Origin: Candidatus Poriferihabitaceae bacterium
Lineage (GTDB): Bacteria; Pseudomonadota; Gammaproteobacteria; Arenicellales; Poriferihabitantaceae
Length of the DNA: 64,000 bases
Assembly (NCBI GenBank): GCA_965208975.1
Contig: CBDBQH010000001.1
Location: 451,280 to 515,279 of the forward strand
Direction: 5' to 3'
In this document: piece after piece, positions 24,101 to 32,483 of the stretch
Layout of the letters: each line of letters opens with the position of its first letter
Position numbering within the stretch: the first letter of the stretch is position 1
Position numbers and translations under genes: made by a program
Notes under the pieces: generated by a model
What the model was told of the DNA's origin: nothing
Seen by the model: only the letters and a program-made list of their open reading frames with translations
The model's database searches: none

Positions 24101-26265
24101 CGCCACAGACCGATCCGGTCGATCCACCACAACAGCCGGTCGGTCCGACACCCGTACAGCCCACCCCGACACAGCCGGTATCACCGACTTCGCCGGGACA
24201 ACCCACAGACCCGCAACAACCGGAACCGGAACCCGAACCGGAACCCGTGATTCCAGTCCTTTCCATCCAGGCGCAAGCCGATACCCTCACCGAAGGCGCG
24301 ACCGCTTCCTTTACCGTCACCGCCGAACCGGCGCCGCTTGAACCCATCTCCGTATCCCTCACCATTGCCGCACAAGGCGACTTCACCGCTGCTCAATCCA
24401 CTGGAGTCAAAACCCTGACCATTGATCGCGCCACCACTTCCCTGATGATTCCAACGGTTTCTGACTTCATCGACGAAGCAGATGGCTCAATCACCGTCAC
24501 CCTGCAACCGGCAGACGGCTATACCCTCTCCCCGAACCCTGCGGCCACAGTGGACATTCACGATGACGATACCGCCGGATTCCAACTCTCTGCACCGGGA
24601 ATCCGCATTGCCGAGATTGGACAAAGCACGCAATATACCATTCAACTGACCAGTCAACCGGCGGCCGCGGTCACCATCACCCCCATCACCCGGCCCGACA
24701 CCGGGACGGTCACGCCATCCCCCACCCGTGTGACCTTTACAAGGGATAACTGGAATCTTGCGCAAACCTTCACCCTGACCGCACAGCAAGAAGGAGCCGT
24801 TACCCTGGTTCATGTCATTACCTCACAAGACCCGAACTATGCAACCCTCCCCTCCCGGCAGGCGCCGTTGCGGGTTGTGGTCGGTGAAGACCTGACCGCC
24901 ATCACCGCCTCCTGGCAGTCTCGCTTTCTGCGTACCTCAGCCGGACACGTTGTTGAGAGTATCACACAGCGGATGCAAGCCACGCCTGCGACCGGCTTGC
25001 AGGGTCAACTGGCTGGCTACCGCATGGATACCACCCCGAAAGAAATGCAATCCCGCTGGATGCAGAACCCCCACTCCGTCGCCAAAGCGAGCCGCGCCGT
25101 CACCCTGTCTGAACTGCTGTCTGATTCGTCGATGTCGTGGACTACCGCAACCGATGGTTCCATCGCTTCCCTTTGGGCACAGGGCGCCTTGTCGGAGTTT
25201 GACGCAAAGAGTGGAGAAACCACCCTCAATGGAGAAGTCCTCACCACCTTGATTGGAATGGATCAAACCCATACTCACGGACAACGCGGTCTGGTTCTGT
25301 CGTATAGTCAGGCAGAAGGACAATACCAGACGAAAAACCAAGGAGAGATTGAATCCGAACAGACCCTGTTGACGCCGTGGATGTCCCGGCAAGTGAATGA
25401 CCGCATGACGCTGTGGGGCGCGTTGGGTTATGGTACGGGAGACCTCACCCTCCAAAGAAGCGAAAGGGAAGACCTCACTACGGATACCCATACGGCGTTC
25501 GTAGCCATCGGCAGTGACTCGGTACTCCAGGAAGAAACGGATCGTACCTTATCGATCGTTACCGATGCCCTGTGGTTGAGAACCCGTTCGGATGAAGTCG
25601 CACAAGGCATGGACCTCGGAGTCACTTCGGCGCATGTGTCGACGATGCGCGCTGGCATGGAAGGACGGTGGCGCCCGACCCTGGCGCGCTTTGCCCGTTT
25701 CAGGGGACACCACCTGGAGTTGCAGGCACAGAGCGCCTTGCGTCATGATGGCGGAGACGCGGAAAGTGGATTCGGTGTGGAAGTCGGGGGCGGTATCCAA
25801 TGGAGCCATCCGCGACAGGGATTGAACCTTCAAATCCACGGCCGGACGCTGATCACGCATCATGATTCGGATATTAAAGATCGGGGTCTCTCCGTGTCCA
25901 TGGGATTTAATCCGTCTCCGGCTGAGCAAGGATTTACCTTTACGCTGAAACAGGATTGGGGTACGGTGTCTTCGGCCAAAGAGCGATTATTGACCGCGGA
26001 ATCCCTGGAACCGGCGCAATCCGCTACAGGGCAACGATTCAAAGCGCAGGCGGGATATGGTTTCCCCATCGGCGATGGACGCTATATCGCCCGTCCACAT
26101 CTGGGGGTGGGCCTGTACGCCAAAGAGCGAGAAACCACACTCGGCTGGCGGCTGCAATCCACTATCGGCAGAAGTGAGCGGACATTGGGATTGAAACTCA
26201 CCCGTCATGACAATGACGACCAATCCGAACATCGCATGAAGGTGGAAGCGGGGGTACGGTGGTGA
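21184..26265 (+). CDS. giant autotransporter-type surface protein: signal peptide, multiple Calx-beta-like modules, Pro/Thr/Glu-rich linker, C-terminal beta-barrel
   Basis: hydrophobic leader GIHYFLSALLLLPLLTGFTAEA/TAQ; recurrent (I/V)xDND/DDDAT module ends about every 100-130 aa; linker PQQPVGPTPVQPTPTQP...PEPEPEPEP; alternating-residue barrel ending ...KVEAGVRW; start uncertain (GTG 21184, GTG 21139, or ATG 20596 of the long open frame). Confidence 0.8.
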   Translation: MGIHYFLSALLLLPLLTGFTAEATAQTPLADRIAPPATLTVAENAGQHNIVLSGQVDMLPATIDTDFNQNNSTATGRRTAGACQAGDDFVQATSNTHVASTATTSHTIIGLTVCEDTVDEPDETIEWNWTSITGGGPYNSATSNCASDAACTTIITITDNDPTVVALTRTGGSGAVTEGGTIEFTVALGRALIAGEIIDVPLSIGGTGITTADWSLAEKSGTNLNTGVTLTGQTTATPQVRFSGVGAQVATLQLTPTADSVTEAGGETFTIALGPDGSATNGFDRASLATNVGGGANPHASAASNTFDVMVNDPPVGVPVLTLSHGTMPSNRHHSAPAHRLEEGGDTLAVFIVTATPSFTVARDARIRIDSVQDHTPHTGTHTLSFTASGDGAGEQRYTAPVRSDITDRLDGEIRATLLPSANNTYTLGNSTIHYDIVDNDPTVVTLSTPDNNTADEDNAADTAKINLSLSRGLVSGERLDIPLQFSGGALGDDFTLAKMEGTPADISLSGSTVTFTGPSTGATAMSATLIVTAAQDTDTEDETVTVSIPARAGTNPNDIRLRTTGFHCRTTNCKATGTGSGMFTLSDAGSRVPVLRITPGSAITEGANATFTLTADPAPAGNLTVYLDVESLGGNQVASSRLGEKTAIIPSSGTLTYTIPTLADSTDEPDSDLFVEILAEDTDGENPGYTLHAEDYEAELHIQDDDATTVVLTTPDASATKGSSTDTARIVLTLNRSVDRIEQLDVPLVFTGGSRVSGNPPTGDFTLALTPPPGSLASSQTLSTTSNVVSFRALSPNTATILLTAVADSDTIDKTVTVSLGALNIVRGFAGGVTGSRSGDGQITLMDASTTQTPATPEITITPGTSPVIEGTAATFTVTATPPPAAALTVNLTITDAPNSDFVSASNQQGTKTVTIQPASTTSSSVTYSVPTETDTTDEPNGPVMVTIASGSGYTIGSSGSASVTVNDDDATPQTDPVDPPQQPVGPTPVQPTPTQPVSPTSPGQPTDPQQPEPEPEPEPVIPVLSIQAQADTLTEGATASFTVTAEPAPLEPISVSLTIAAQGDFTAAQSTGVKTLTIDRATTSLMIPTVSDFIDEADGSITVTLQPADGYTLSPNPAATVDIHDDDTAGFQLSAPGIRIAEIGQSTQYTIQLTSQPAAAVTITPITRPDTGTVTPSPTRVTFTRDNWNLAQTFTLTAQQEGAVTLVHVITSQDPNYATLPSRQAPLRVVVGEDLTAITASWQSRFLRTSAGHVVESITQRMQATPATGLQGQLAGYRMDTTPKEMQSRWMQNPHSVAKASRAVTLSELLSDSSMSWTTATDGSIASLWAQGALSEFDAKSGETTLNGEVLTTLIGMDQTHTHGQRGLVLSYSQAEGQYQTKNQGEIESEQTLLTPWMSRQVNDRMTLWGALGYGTGDLTLQRSEREDLTTDTHTAFVAIGSDSVLQEETDRTLSIVTDALWLRTRSDEVAQGMDLGVTSAHVSTMRAGMEGRWRPTLARFARFRGHHLELQAQSALRHDGGDAESGFGVEVGGGIQWSHPRQGLNLQIHGRTLITHHDSDIKDRGLSVSMGFNPSPAEQGFTFTLKQDWGTVSSAKERLLTAESLEPAQSATGQRFKAQAGYGFPIGDGRYIARPHLGVGLYAKERETTLGWRLQSTIGRSERTLGLKLTRHDNDDQSEHRMKVEAGVRW

Positions 26266-26267
26266 GG

Positions 26268-26648
26268 GGGTGACAGGATTCCCGCGAAGCGGGAATACCC
26301 CCCATCACATCCGCTTGCGCGGAATGTGATTCCCCCTCAAGGGGGGAATGATTCCCGACCGTCATCGTAGGGGAGGGTCTTGTACCCTCCCGCAACCGTC
26401 ATCGACCGTATACGGAAATAATGCGGGCACCCACAAGGGGCGCCCCCCCGATCAAGCCGGGGGCAGGCTCTACGCATCGGTAATACAGATTCCATGAGGT
26501 CGTGGATTCCCGTTTTCACGGGAATGACGGGTGGGGCGGTGGTGACAGGATTCCCGCGAGGCGGGAATACCCCCCATCACATCCGCTTGCGCGGAATGTG
26601 ATTCCCCCTCAAAGCCTGTCCTCGACCTGATCGGGGAGGGGGAATGAT
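26268..26648 (-). repeat. REP-like mosaic array, inverted relative to the 20.3-21.2 kb arrays: A4 (26276-26350), GTAG-REP (26364-26393, + orientation), B3 (26423-26476), hairpin (26505-26527), A5 (26541-26648)
   Basis: reverse complements of modules A and B read directly. Confidence 0.85.
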
Positions 26649-26659
26649 TGGGTCTGTTT

Positions 26660-27421
26660 TCAGGAAAAGACCTGCGGCTTGAAATCTTCCCGATTGACAA
26701 TACGGGCGCTGCTGCCCGTCGCCCGGATTACAAATAATCCCTGTTTCGCCGCATAAACTTCCGCTTCCTCGTCCGCTCTTAACCACGCCACCGCTCCATA
26801 AATCCTCTTGTCTTTATGATACGGCATACGAACCGTAAGCTTCCCTAAACTCTCCAGAAAATCCTTGACATCCGATACTTTCAACGTGGTCTTCACTTCT
26901 ACTACTACCACTTCCCGTCCGTTTACCGCAATAATGTCATATTCATAATCATCACCTTGACCCCTTTGTTTAACACGGGTACTGGTATGGGCAATCGCTA
27001 TGCCCCATTGATTCAGAATCTCTATCAAATCCCCCTCTACCAGACTTTCCATCAATTGGCCCCATTGGGTATTGAACAGAGCTTCGGTCTTTTTGATTTG
27101 CTTGTCGGTTTCTTTCATTCGCCGATCCGTTTCTTTCATCAGCCGATCTGTTTCTTTCATCTCTTCCATCGTTTCTCTTTGAATGGCGCGAATCTCTTCC
27201 ATTTCCCGGCTGGCCTTCCGGCTGGATTCTTCCTGAATGGCGCGGATTGCGGCAATTTCCCGGTTGGCCTTCCGGCTGGACTCTTCCTGACTGATACGAA
27301 ATTCTTCTATTTCCCGGCTGGTTTTATCCAGACGCTTATCGGTTTCTTTACCGATGGCGGAAGTCTCCCCCAGGATTTTCCAGATTTCGTCCGAGGTGGG
27401 TACGGCAGCGCTGGTTGGCAT
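26660..27421 (-). CDS. DUF3782-type coiled-coil protein with C-terminal PD-(D/E)xK nuclease-like domain
   Basis: 253 aa; N-terminal heptad-rich region with in-frame 54-bp (18 aa) and 21-bp (7 aa) tandem repeats; C-terminal YEYDIIAVNGREVVVVEVKTTL fits a D...E-x-K restriction-endonuclease fold. Confidence 0.6.
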   Translation of the reverse strand: MPTSAAVPTSDEIWKILGETSAIGKETDKRLDKTSREIEEFRISQEESSRKANREIAAIRAIQEESSRKASREMEEIRAIQRETMEEMKETDRLMKETDRRMKETDKQIKKTEALFNTQWGQLMESLVEGDLIEILNQWGIAIAHTSTRVKQRGQGDDYEYDIIAVNGREVVVVEVKTTLKVSDVKDFLESLGKLTVRMPYHKDKRIYGAVAWLRADEEAEVYAAKQGLFVIRATGSSARIVNREDFKPQVFS

Positions 27422-27480
27422 TTTGGTATTCCTTTATGTTGGATTTAGTGTTTGGTGATTATATCAGAGAACGCGGGTTT

Positions 27481-27593
27481 GGGGGTGAATGACGGATGGG
27501 GCGTTTGATTACGGTTGTGCCCCCCCCATCACATCACATCCGCTTGCGCGGAATGTGATTCCCCGGTCTGCGGGGGGAATGATAAGATCTGTT
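27481..27593 (-). repeat. additional copy of hairpin module A (same orientation as A4/A5)
   Basis: CCCCCCCATCACATCACATCCGCTTGCGCGGAATGTGATTCCCC...GGGGGGAATGAT matches 26517-26648. Confidence 0.8.
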
Positions 27594-27620
27594 GAGTGGA
27601 GAAAGGCGGTGCCTTGTCTA

Positions 27621-27649
27621 TTGAATATTGAACAGATGTTGTTTAGAAT
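27621..27649 (+). promoter_or_regulatory. candidate sigma70 promoter TTGAAT-N17-TAGAAT for the LysM lipoprotein gene
   Basis: hexamers and spacing read directly. Confidence 0.45.
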
Positions 27650-27706
27650 GCGATGAAAAGGGGTTATACTCCGACCGTGACTAATTGATTAACTGGGGAA
27701 CCAATT

Positions 27707-28186
27707 ATGCGAAGAGTTTCTGCTAGTGTCCTGGCAGCACTTAAATTGACCACATTCGTGGCTGTGTCGATATTTATTTCAGGTTGTATCAGCGCCAAAA
27801 GCAAACCGACTGAGGAATCTGTGCCAGCGACGCCAGAGCCTGAAGTACTTGAAGTAGTGGAGCCTGTTGTGCCACCGGAACCTGAACCCGTTGCTGTGCT
27901 TGATCCCGGCCCGTTGATCTATTGGACCGTGGTGAAGGGAGAGAATCTCTGGAGTATAGCCGCCAAGGAGGAGGTCTATAATGTTCCCGAGAAATGGCCG
28001 CTCATTTACAAGGCGAATCAGGAAGAGATTACGGATGCCGACCTGATTTATCCGGGGCAGATCCTGGATATTCCGCGGGATTTATCGCAAGACGAGATAG
28101 ACGCCGCGATTGGTCACGCCAGGAGCAGGGGGGCCTGGACGATTGGGCCGGTCGAATCTGCCGACCTGGAATATCTGAACAACTGA
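27707..28186 (+). CDS. LysM-domain lipoprotein
   Basis: lipobox FISGC, Pro/Glu-rich linker, LysM segment YWTVVKGENLWSIAA...IYPGQILDIP. Confidence 0.8.
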   Translation: MRRVSASVLAALKLTTFVAVSIFISGCISAKSKPTEESVPATPEPEVLEVVEPVVPPEPEPVAVLDPGPLIYWTVVKGENLWSIAAKEEVYNVPEKWPLIYKANQEEITDADLIYPGQILDIPRDLSQDEIDAAIGHARSRGAWTIGPVESADLEYLNN

Positions 28187-28221
28187 CACTTCCTTCAAAT
28201 CCGGATTTCCCCAAAAACGGG

Positions 28222-28262
28222 ATTGCATCCTTGTGGTGCGGTCCCGTTTTTTTGCTCCTGTA
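28222..28262. terminator. bidirectional rho-independent terminator between convergent LysM gene and hisG
   Basis: AAAAACGGGA...TCCCGTTTTTTT stem flanked by an A-run and a T-run. Confidence 0.7.
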
Positions 28263-28264
28263 TC

Positions 28265-29143
28265 CTATACCACCATCTTCCTCAGCTCGAACTCAAGAAT
28301 GCCCTCGGCTCCCGCCGCCTTGAGTGTCGGGATAATTCTCCTCACTTCTTTTTTGCTGATTACTGTTTCCACGGCCAGCCAGTTGTTGTCGTATAACTTA
28401 TTGATAGTGGGTGCATGCAGGCTGGGTAACCGTTTTACCAGCTGATCAATCCGGTCACCGGGGACGTTCATTTTCAGCAATACCTTTTCACGCGCCATCA
28501 ATGAGCTTTCAAGCAGTAGAGCGAGTTGCTCGATTTTCTTTTTTTTCCAGGGGATTTCCAGCGCTGTCCGGTTTGCGATAAATACGGTATGTGTTTCCAT
28601 CAGGTCACAGACGATGCGTAGTCCGTGTGCCTTGATGGTGCTGCCGGTTTCCGTGATTTCCACTGCGGCATCGGCCAGTCCCTCGACAACCTTGGCTTCA
28701 GTTGTGCCCCAGGAAAACTCAACGGTAGCATCAATATTCCGTGTCTTTAGATAACGTTCCGTGAAATTGACCAGTTCGGTCGATATTCTTTTCCCCTGAA
28801 GGTCTTCGATGGATTGAATATCCGAGTCGTTCTTTACGATCAGAACCCATCGGCAAGATTGATCGGATGATTTTGAATAAACCAGATGAGATATGATTTC
28901 TACGTCTGAATCGGTTTCAGCCAGCCAGTCCTGCCCGGTTAATCCGGCATCCAGAACCCCGCTGGTGATATAGCTTCCCATTTCCTGTGAACGCACCAAA
29001 GAGCAGGTGATTTCGGGATCATCAATGGATGGGAAGTAATTGCGGGATTTCGTGTTGATGTTCCATCCGGCTTGCGCGAATAACTCTTTGGTTGCAGTTT
29101 CGAGGCTTCCTTTGGGAATGCCGAGTTTGAGTTGGGTTGTCAT
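28265..29143 (-). CDS. hisG: ATP phosphoribosyltransferase, long form
   Basis: 292 aa from ATG 29143 (MTTQLKLGIPKGSLE...); the upstream 78 codons of the track ORF run through REP elements. Confidence 0.9.
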   Translation of the reverse strand: MTTQLKLGIPKGSLETATKELFAQAGWNINTKSRNYFPSIDDPEITCSLVRSQEMGSYITSGVLDAGLTGQDWLAETDSDVEIISHLVYSKSSDQSCRWVLIVKNDSDIQSIEDLQGKRISTELVNFTERYLKTRNIDATVEFSWGTTEAKVVEGLADAAVEITETGSTIKAHGLRIVCDLMETHTVFIANRTALEIPWKKKKIEQLALLLESSLMAREKVLLKMNVPGDRIDQLVKRLPSLHAPTINKLYDNNWLAVETVISKKEVRRIIPTLKAAGAEGILEFELRKMVV

Positions 29144-29211
29144 GCCGTAAGGTCCGGTAATCGGGTCATGGATCGGGTCGGGGATTATAACTGATCGATA
29201 CTGTCGCATCA

Positions 29212-29350
29212 TTTGCGGGAGGGCACAAGACCCTCCCCTACGCATCTGATGCATGGATCGAAATGATGCGTAGGGGCGCCCCTTGTGGGTGCCCGCTATC
29301 GTTGATGTCTGTTCCGACATTTGCGGGAGGGCACAAGACCCTCCCCTACG
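29212..29350. repeat. BIME-like cluster of three GTAG-headed REPs in alternating orientation (29212-29246 -, 29266-29296 +, 29320-29350 -)
   Basis: GCGGGAGGGCACAAGACCCTCCCCTAC occurs twice; GTAGGGGCGCCCCTTGTGGGTGCCCGC lies between them. Confidence 0.85.
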
Positions 29351-29351
29351 A

Positions 29352-30740
29352 TTACAGTTCATGCACCAGTGTTTCAATACTATCGCGGGCGTCTCCGAAC
29401 AGCATTCTGCTGTTGGCTTTATAAAACAACGGGTTCTCGATACCTGCGTAGCCGCTCGCCATGCTCCGCTTTAATATGATCACGGTTTTGGCATTCCAGA
29501 CCTCGATAACCGGCATGCCGGCAATCGGGCTGTCAGGGGATTCGATGGCGGAGGGATTGACGATGTCGTTGGCGCCAATCACCAGTACCGCGTCTGTCTG
29601 CGGCAGCTGTTCGTTGATCTCATCCATTTCGAAAACAATGTTGTACGGGATTCGGGCTTCTGCCAGTAATACGTTCATGTGACCGGGCATACGTCCGGCC
29701 ACCGGATGGATGCCGAACGATACTTTGGTGTTTCGGTTTCTCAGGGTTTCGGTCAGTTCAGCCACCAGGTGCTGGGCATGGGCAACCGCCATACCGTATC
29801 CCGGTACAATCACCAGTGATTCGATGTTCGAGAGTATTCGGGCGGTTTGTGAAGCTGAAACCGAGACGATTTCACCTTCGGTCTGCGCCGCCAGCGTCGT
29901 GGAGCCTGAGACTCCGAATCCGCCGGAAATAACACTCAGAAACTTTCTGTTCATGGCGCGGCACATGATATAGCTCAATATCGCTCCACTCGACCCTACC
30001 AGAGCGCCCGTAACGATCAGCAAATCATTGGATAGCATGAACCCGGTCGCCGCCGCCGCCCAGCCGGAATAACTGTTCAGCATGGAAATCACAACCGGCA
30101 TATCCGCGCCGCCGATAGCGGCAACAATATGTACGCCGAACACGAAGGCGAGGGCTGTCACAATCGTCAGGGAAATTAACCCGGCTTGTGTGTTTTCCGC
30201 CTGAATGAAATCAAACCCGAGATAAAGACAGGCCAGCAGAATTGCGAGATTGACCAGGTGACGTCCGGGCAGGGTCAATGGGCGGCTGCCAATCAGGCCG
30301 CTGAGTTTTCCAAAGGCGATGACAGAGCCGGTAAAGGTCACGGCGCCGATCAGGACCCCCAGGTAAATTTCGACATCATGGATGGTTTCGGCGACCCCGA
30401 CAGGATGAAGCCGGGTATCCATATAGGTCGAAAAGCCAACAAATACGGCTGCCAATCCGACAAAACTGTGAAGTATCGCGACCAGTTCCGGCATGGAGGT
30501 CATGCGGATTTTAAGAGCGAGAATCGTGCCGATCAGCGCGCCTGTCGCCATAGCCCCCGCGAGCAGGTCATAGCTTGATATCGAGTCATTGAACAAGGTG
30601 GCGACAATGGCGATGCACATGCCGGCGATTCCGTAGAGGTTGCCTTTTTGTGCGCTTTTCTGACTACTCAATCCACCGAGGCTCAGAATAAACAGGATGC
30701 TCGCTACAATGTAGGCGGCTGAGGTAATGTTTCCGTTCAT
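29352..30740 (-). CDS. pntB: NAD(P) transhydrogenase subunit beta
   Basis: 462 aa; N-terminal multi-TM domain plus C-terminal NADP(H)-binding domain III ([12 protein letters not shown]). Confidence 0.95.
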   Translation of the reverse strand: MNGNITSAAYIVASILFILSLGGLSSQKSAQKGNLYGIAGMCIAIVATLFNDSISSYDLLAGAMATGALIGTILALKIRMTSMPELVAILHSFVGLAAVFVGFSTYMDTRLHPVGVAETIHDVEIYLGVLIGAVTFTGSVIAFGKLSGLIGSRPLTLPGRHLVNLAILLACLYLGFDFIQAENTQAGLISLTIVTALAFVFGVHIVAAIGGADMPVVISMLNSYSGWAAAATGFMLSNDLLIVTGALVGSSGAILSYIMCRAMNRKFLSVISGGFGVSGSTTLAAQTEGEIVSVSASQTARILSNIESLVIVPGYGMAVAHAQHLVAELTETLRNRNTKVSFGIHPVAGRMPGHMNVLLAEARIPYNIVFEMDEINEQLPQTDAVLVIGANDIVNPSAIESPDSPIAGMPVIEVWNAKTVIILKRSMASGYAGIENPLFYKANSRMLFGDARDSIETLVHEL

Positions 30741-30752
30741 GATGGGCGCTCC

Positions 30753-32348
30753 TTACTTGCGAAACATGTTGAGCATACGCTGGGTAACCAGAAAACCGCC
30801 CGCGACATTGATGGAAGCAATGACCACGGCGGTAACAGCAAGCGCCACGCCCAACACGGATGAGGAATCAATTTGCAAAATGGCGCCAATCACAATAATC
30901 CCGCTGATCGCGTTGGTGACGCTCATCAGGGGGGTATGCAGGGCCGGGGTGACATTCCAGATCACCTGCCAGCCGACAAAACAAGCCAGGACGAAGACGA
31001 TGAAGTGGCTCATGAACTCAGCCGGAGCGACCGAGCCGAGTCCCAGAATGGCCAGTACTCCCGCTGCCATGCCAGCCAGGGTGATTACAGCGCGGCGCTT
31101 GCCTTTCATCTCTTGCGGAATTTGTGCAGACACAGGCGGGATTGTGGCCGGGCCGGGTTTTTGTCGCGGTTTTCTCGCAGGCGCCACCGCCGGAGGCGGC
31201 CAGGTGATTTTTCCGCGATACGCCACGGTCGTTCCCCGTATTACCTGATCTTCCTGGTCAATGTGGATGACCCCATCCCCGCCCGGTGTGAGGTCGGTGA
31301 TCAGGTGACGGATATTGGCGGCATATAATTGACTCGATTGCGCGGCCATTCGACTCGGCAGGTCGGTATAGCCGATGATGGACACGCCATTGAACCGGAT
31401 TACATCGCCCGGTTCGGTATATTCACAGTTTCCACCCTGTTCCGCGGCAAGGTCGACAATCACGCTCCCCGGTTTCATGCTGTCCACCATTTCCCGGGTA
31501 ATCAGTTTCGGGGCTGGTTTGCCGGGAATCAGCGCGGTTGTGATGATGATGTCCACTTCTCTGGCCTGTTCTGCGAAAAGAGCCATTTCCGCCTGGATAA
31601 ATTCGTCACTCATCACTTTGCCATACCCGCCCGCTCCGCTGCCATCCTCGTCAAAATCCAGCTCGAGAAACTCGGCGTTCAGGCTTTCGATTTGTTCACG
31701 CGCTTCCAGACGGGTATCAAACGCGCGGACGATGGCCCCCAGATTGACAGCAGTCCCGACCGCGGCCAGACCCGCCACACCGGCGCCGATTACCAGTACC
31801 CTGGCCGGGTCAATCCTGCCGGCTGCGGTAATCTGTCCGCTGAAGAATCTCCCGAAATGCCGGGCCGCTTCAATCACGGCGCGATAGCCGGCGATATTGG
31901 CCATGGATGACAGGGCATCCATCTTTTGCGCCCTGGAGATACGGGGGACGGCATCCATAGCCAGTACAGTGGCGCCTGTCGCGCACAGTTTCTCCATCAG
32001 GCCGGGATTCTGTCCGGGCCAGATGAAACAGATCAGCGTTTTATCGCTGGTCAGCCAATCGGCCTCATCGGTTTCGTCAAGCGGATGATACTGCGGCGCC
32101 CGCACCTTGCAAATGATATCGGCTTCTGTCCACAGTTCCCGCGCCGAATCACAAATCCTGGCGCCGTTGTCGATATAGGACTGGTTACTGAATCCGGCGG
32201 CCAGTCCGGCTTTATCTTCAATCAGTACCGCAAAGCCGAGTTCTACCAGTCTGGCTGTTTCTGTCGGCGTACAGGCCACTCGACATTCGTTTTCACAAAT
32301 TTCTCTGGGTATTCCTGTTTTCATCGGATTAGCTATTTGCAAGGTCAT
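30753..32348 (-). CDS. pntA: NAD(P) transhydrogenase subunit alpha (dI plus membrane dII part)
   Basis: 531 aa; alanine-dehydrogenase-like dI with [11 protein letters not shown] Rossmann motif and 4 C-terminal TM helices. Confidence 0.95.
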   Translation of the reverse strand: MTLQIANPMKTGIPREICENECRVACTPTETARLVELGFAVLIEDKAGLAAGFSNQSYIDNGARICDSARELWTEADIICKVRAPQYHPLDETDEADWLTSDKTLICFIWPGQNPGLMEKLCATGATVLAMDAVPRISRAQKMDALSSMANIAGYRAVIEAARHFGRFFSGQITAAGRIDPARVLVIGAGVAGLAAVGTAVNLGAIVRAFDTRLEAREQIESLNAEFLELDFDEDGSGAGGYGKVMSDEFIQAEMALFAEQAREVDIIITTALIPGKPAPKLITREMVDSMKPGSVIVDLAAEQGGNCEYTEPGDVIRFNGVSIIGYTDLPSRMAAQSSQLYAANIRHLITDLTPGGDGVIHIDQEDQVIRGTTVAYRGKITWPPPAVAPARKPRQKPGPATIPPVSAQIPQEMKGKRRAVITLAGMAAGVLAILGLGSVAPAEFMSHFIVFVLACFVGWQVIWNVTPALHTPLMSVTNAISGIIVIGAILQIDSSSVLGVALAVTAVVIASINVAGGFLVTQRMLNMFRK

Positions 32349-32483
32349 TTATAATCACGAATATACTGCCTGATCGTGTATCTTACTAATTAATAGAATT
32401 AATGCTATATATAGTAAAAATAATCTACACTATCGCCTTCTCGAAACGGGACAGACACTGAACAAATACATGAATACGAAATA

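Noticed and set aside
21498-24386. Long antisense and off-frame ORFs inside the autotransporter gene (for example 21498-22175, 23271-23933 and 24045-24386 on the minus strand)
   Set aside because: They lie entirely within a well-supported coding frame and are low-complexity Ala/Gly/Val/Pro translations typical of GC-rich antisense frames. The same applies to most other short ORFs nested in metK, ahcY, carB, pntAB and similar genes.
29144-29377. 78-codon N-terminal extension of hisG
   Set aside because: It runs through three REP palindromes. HisG homology starts at MTTQLKLGIPKGSLE (ATG 29143).
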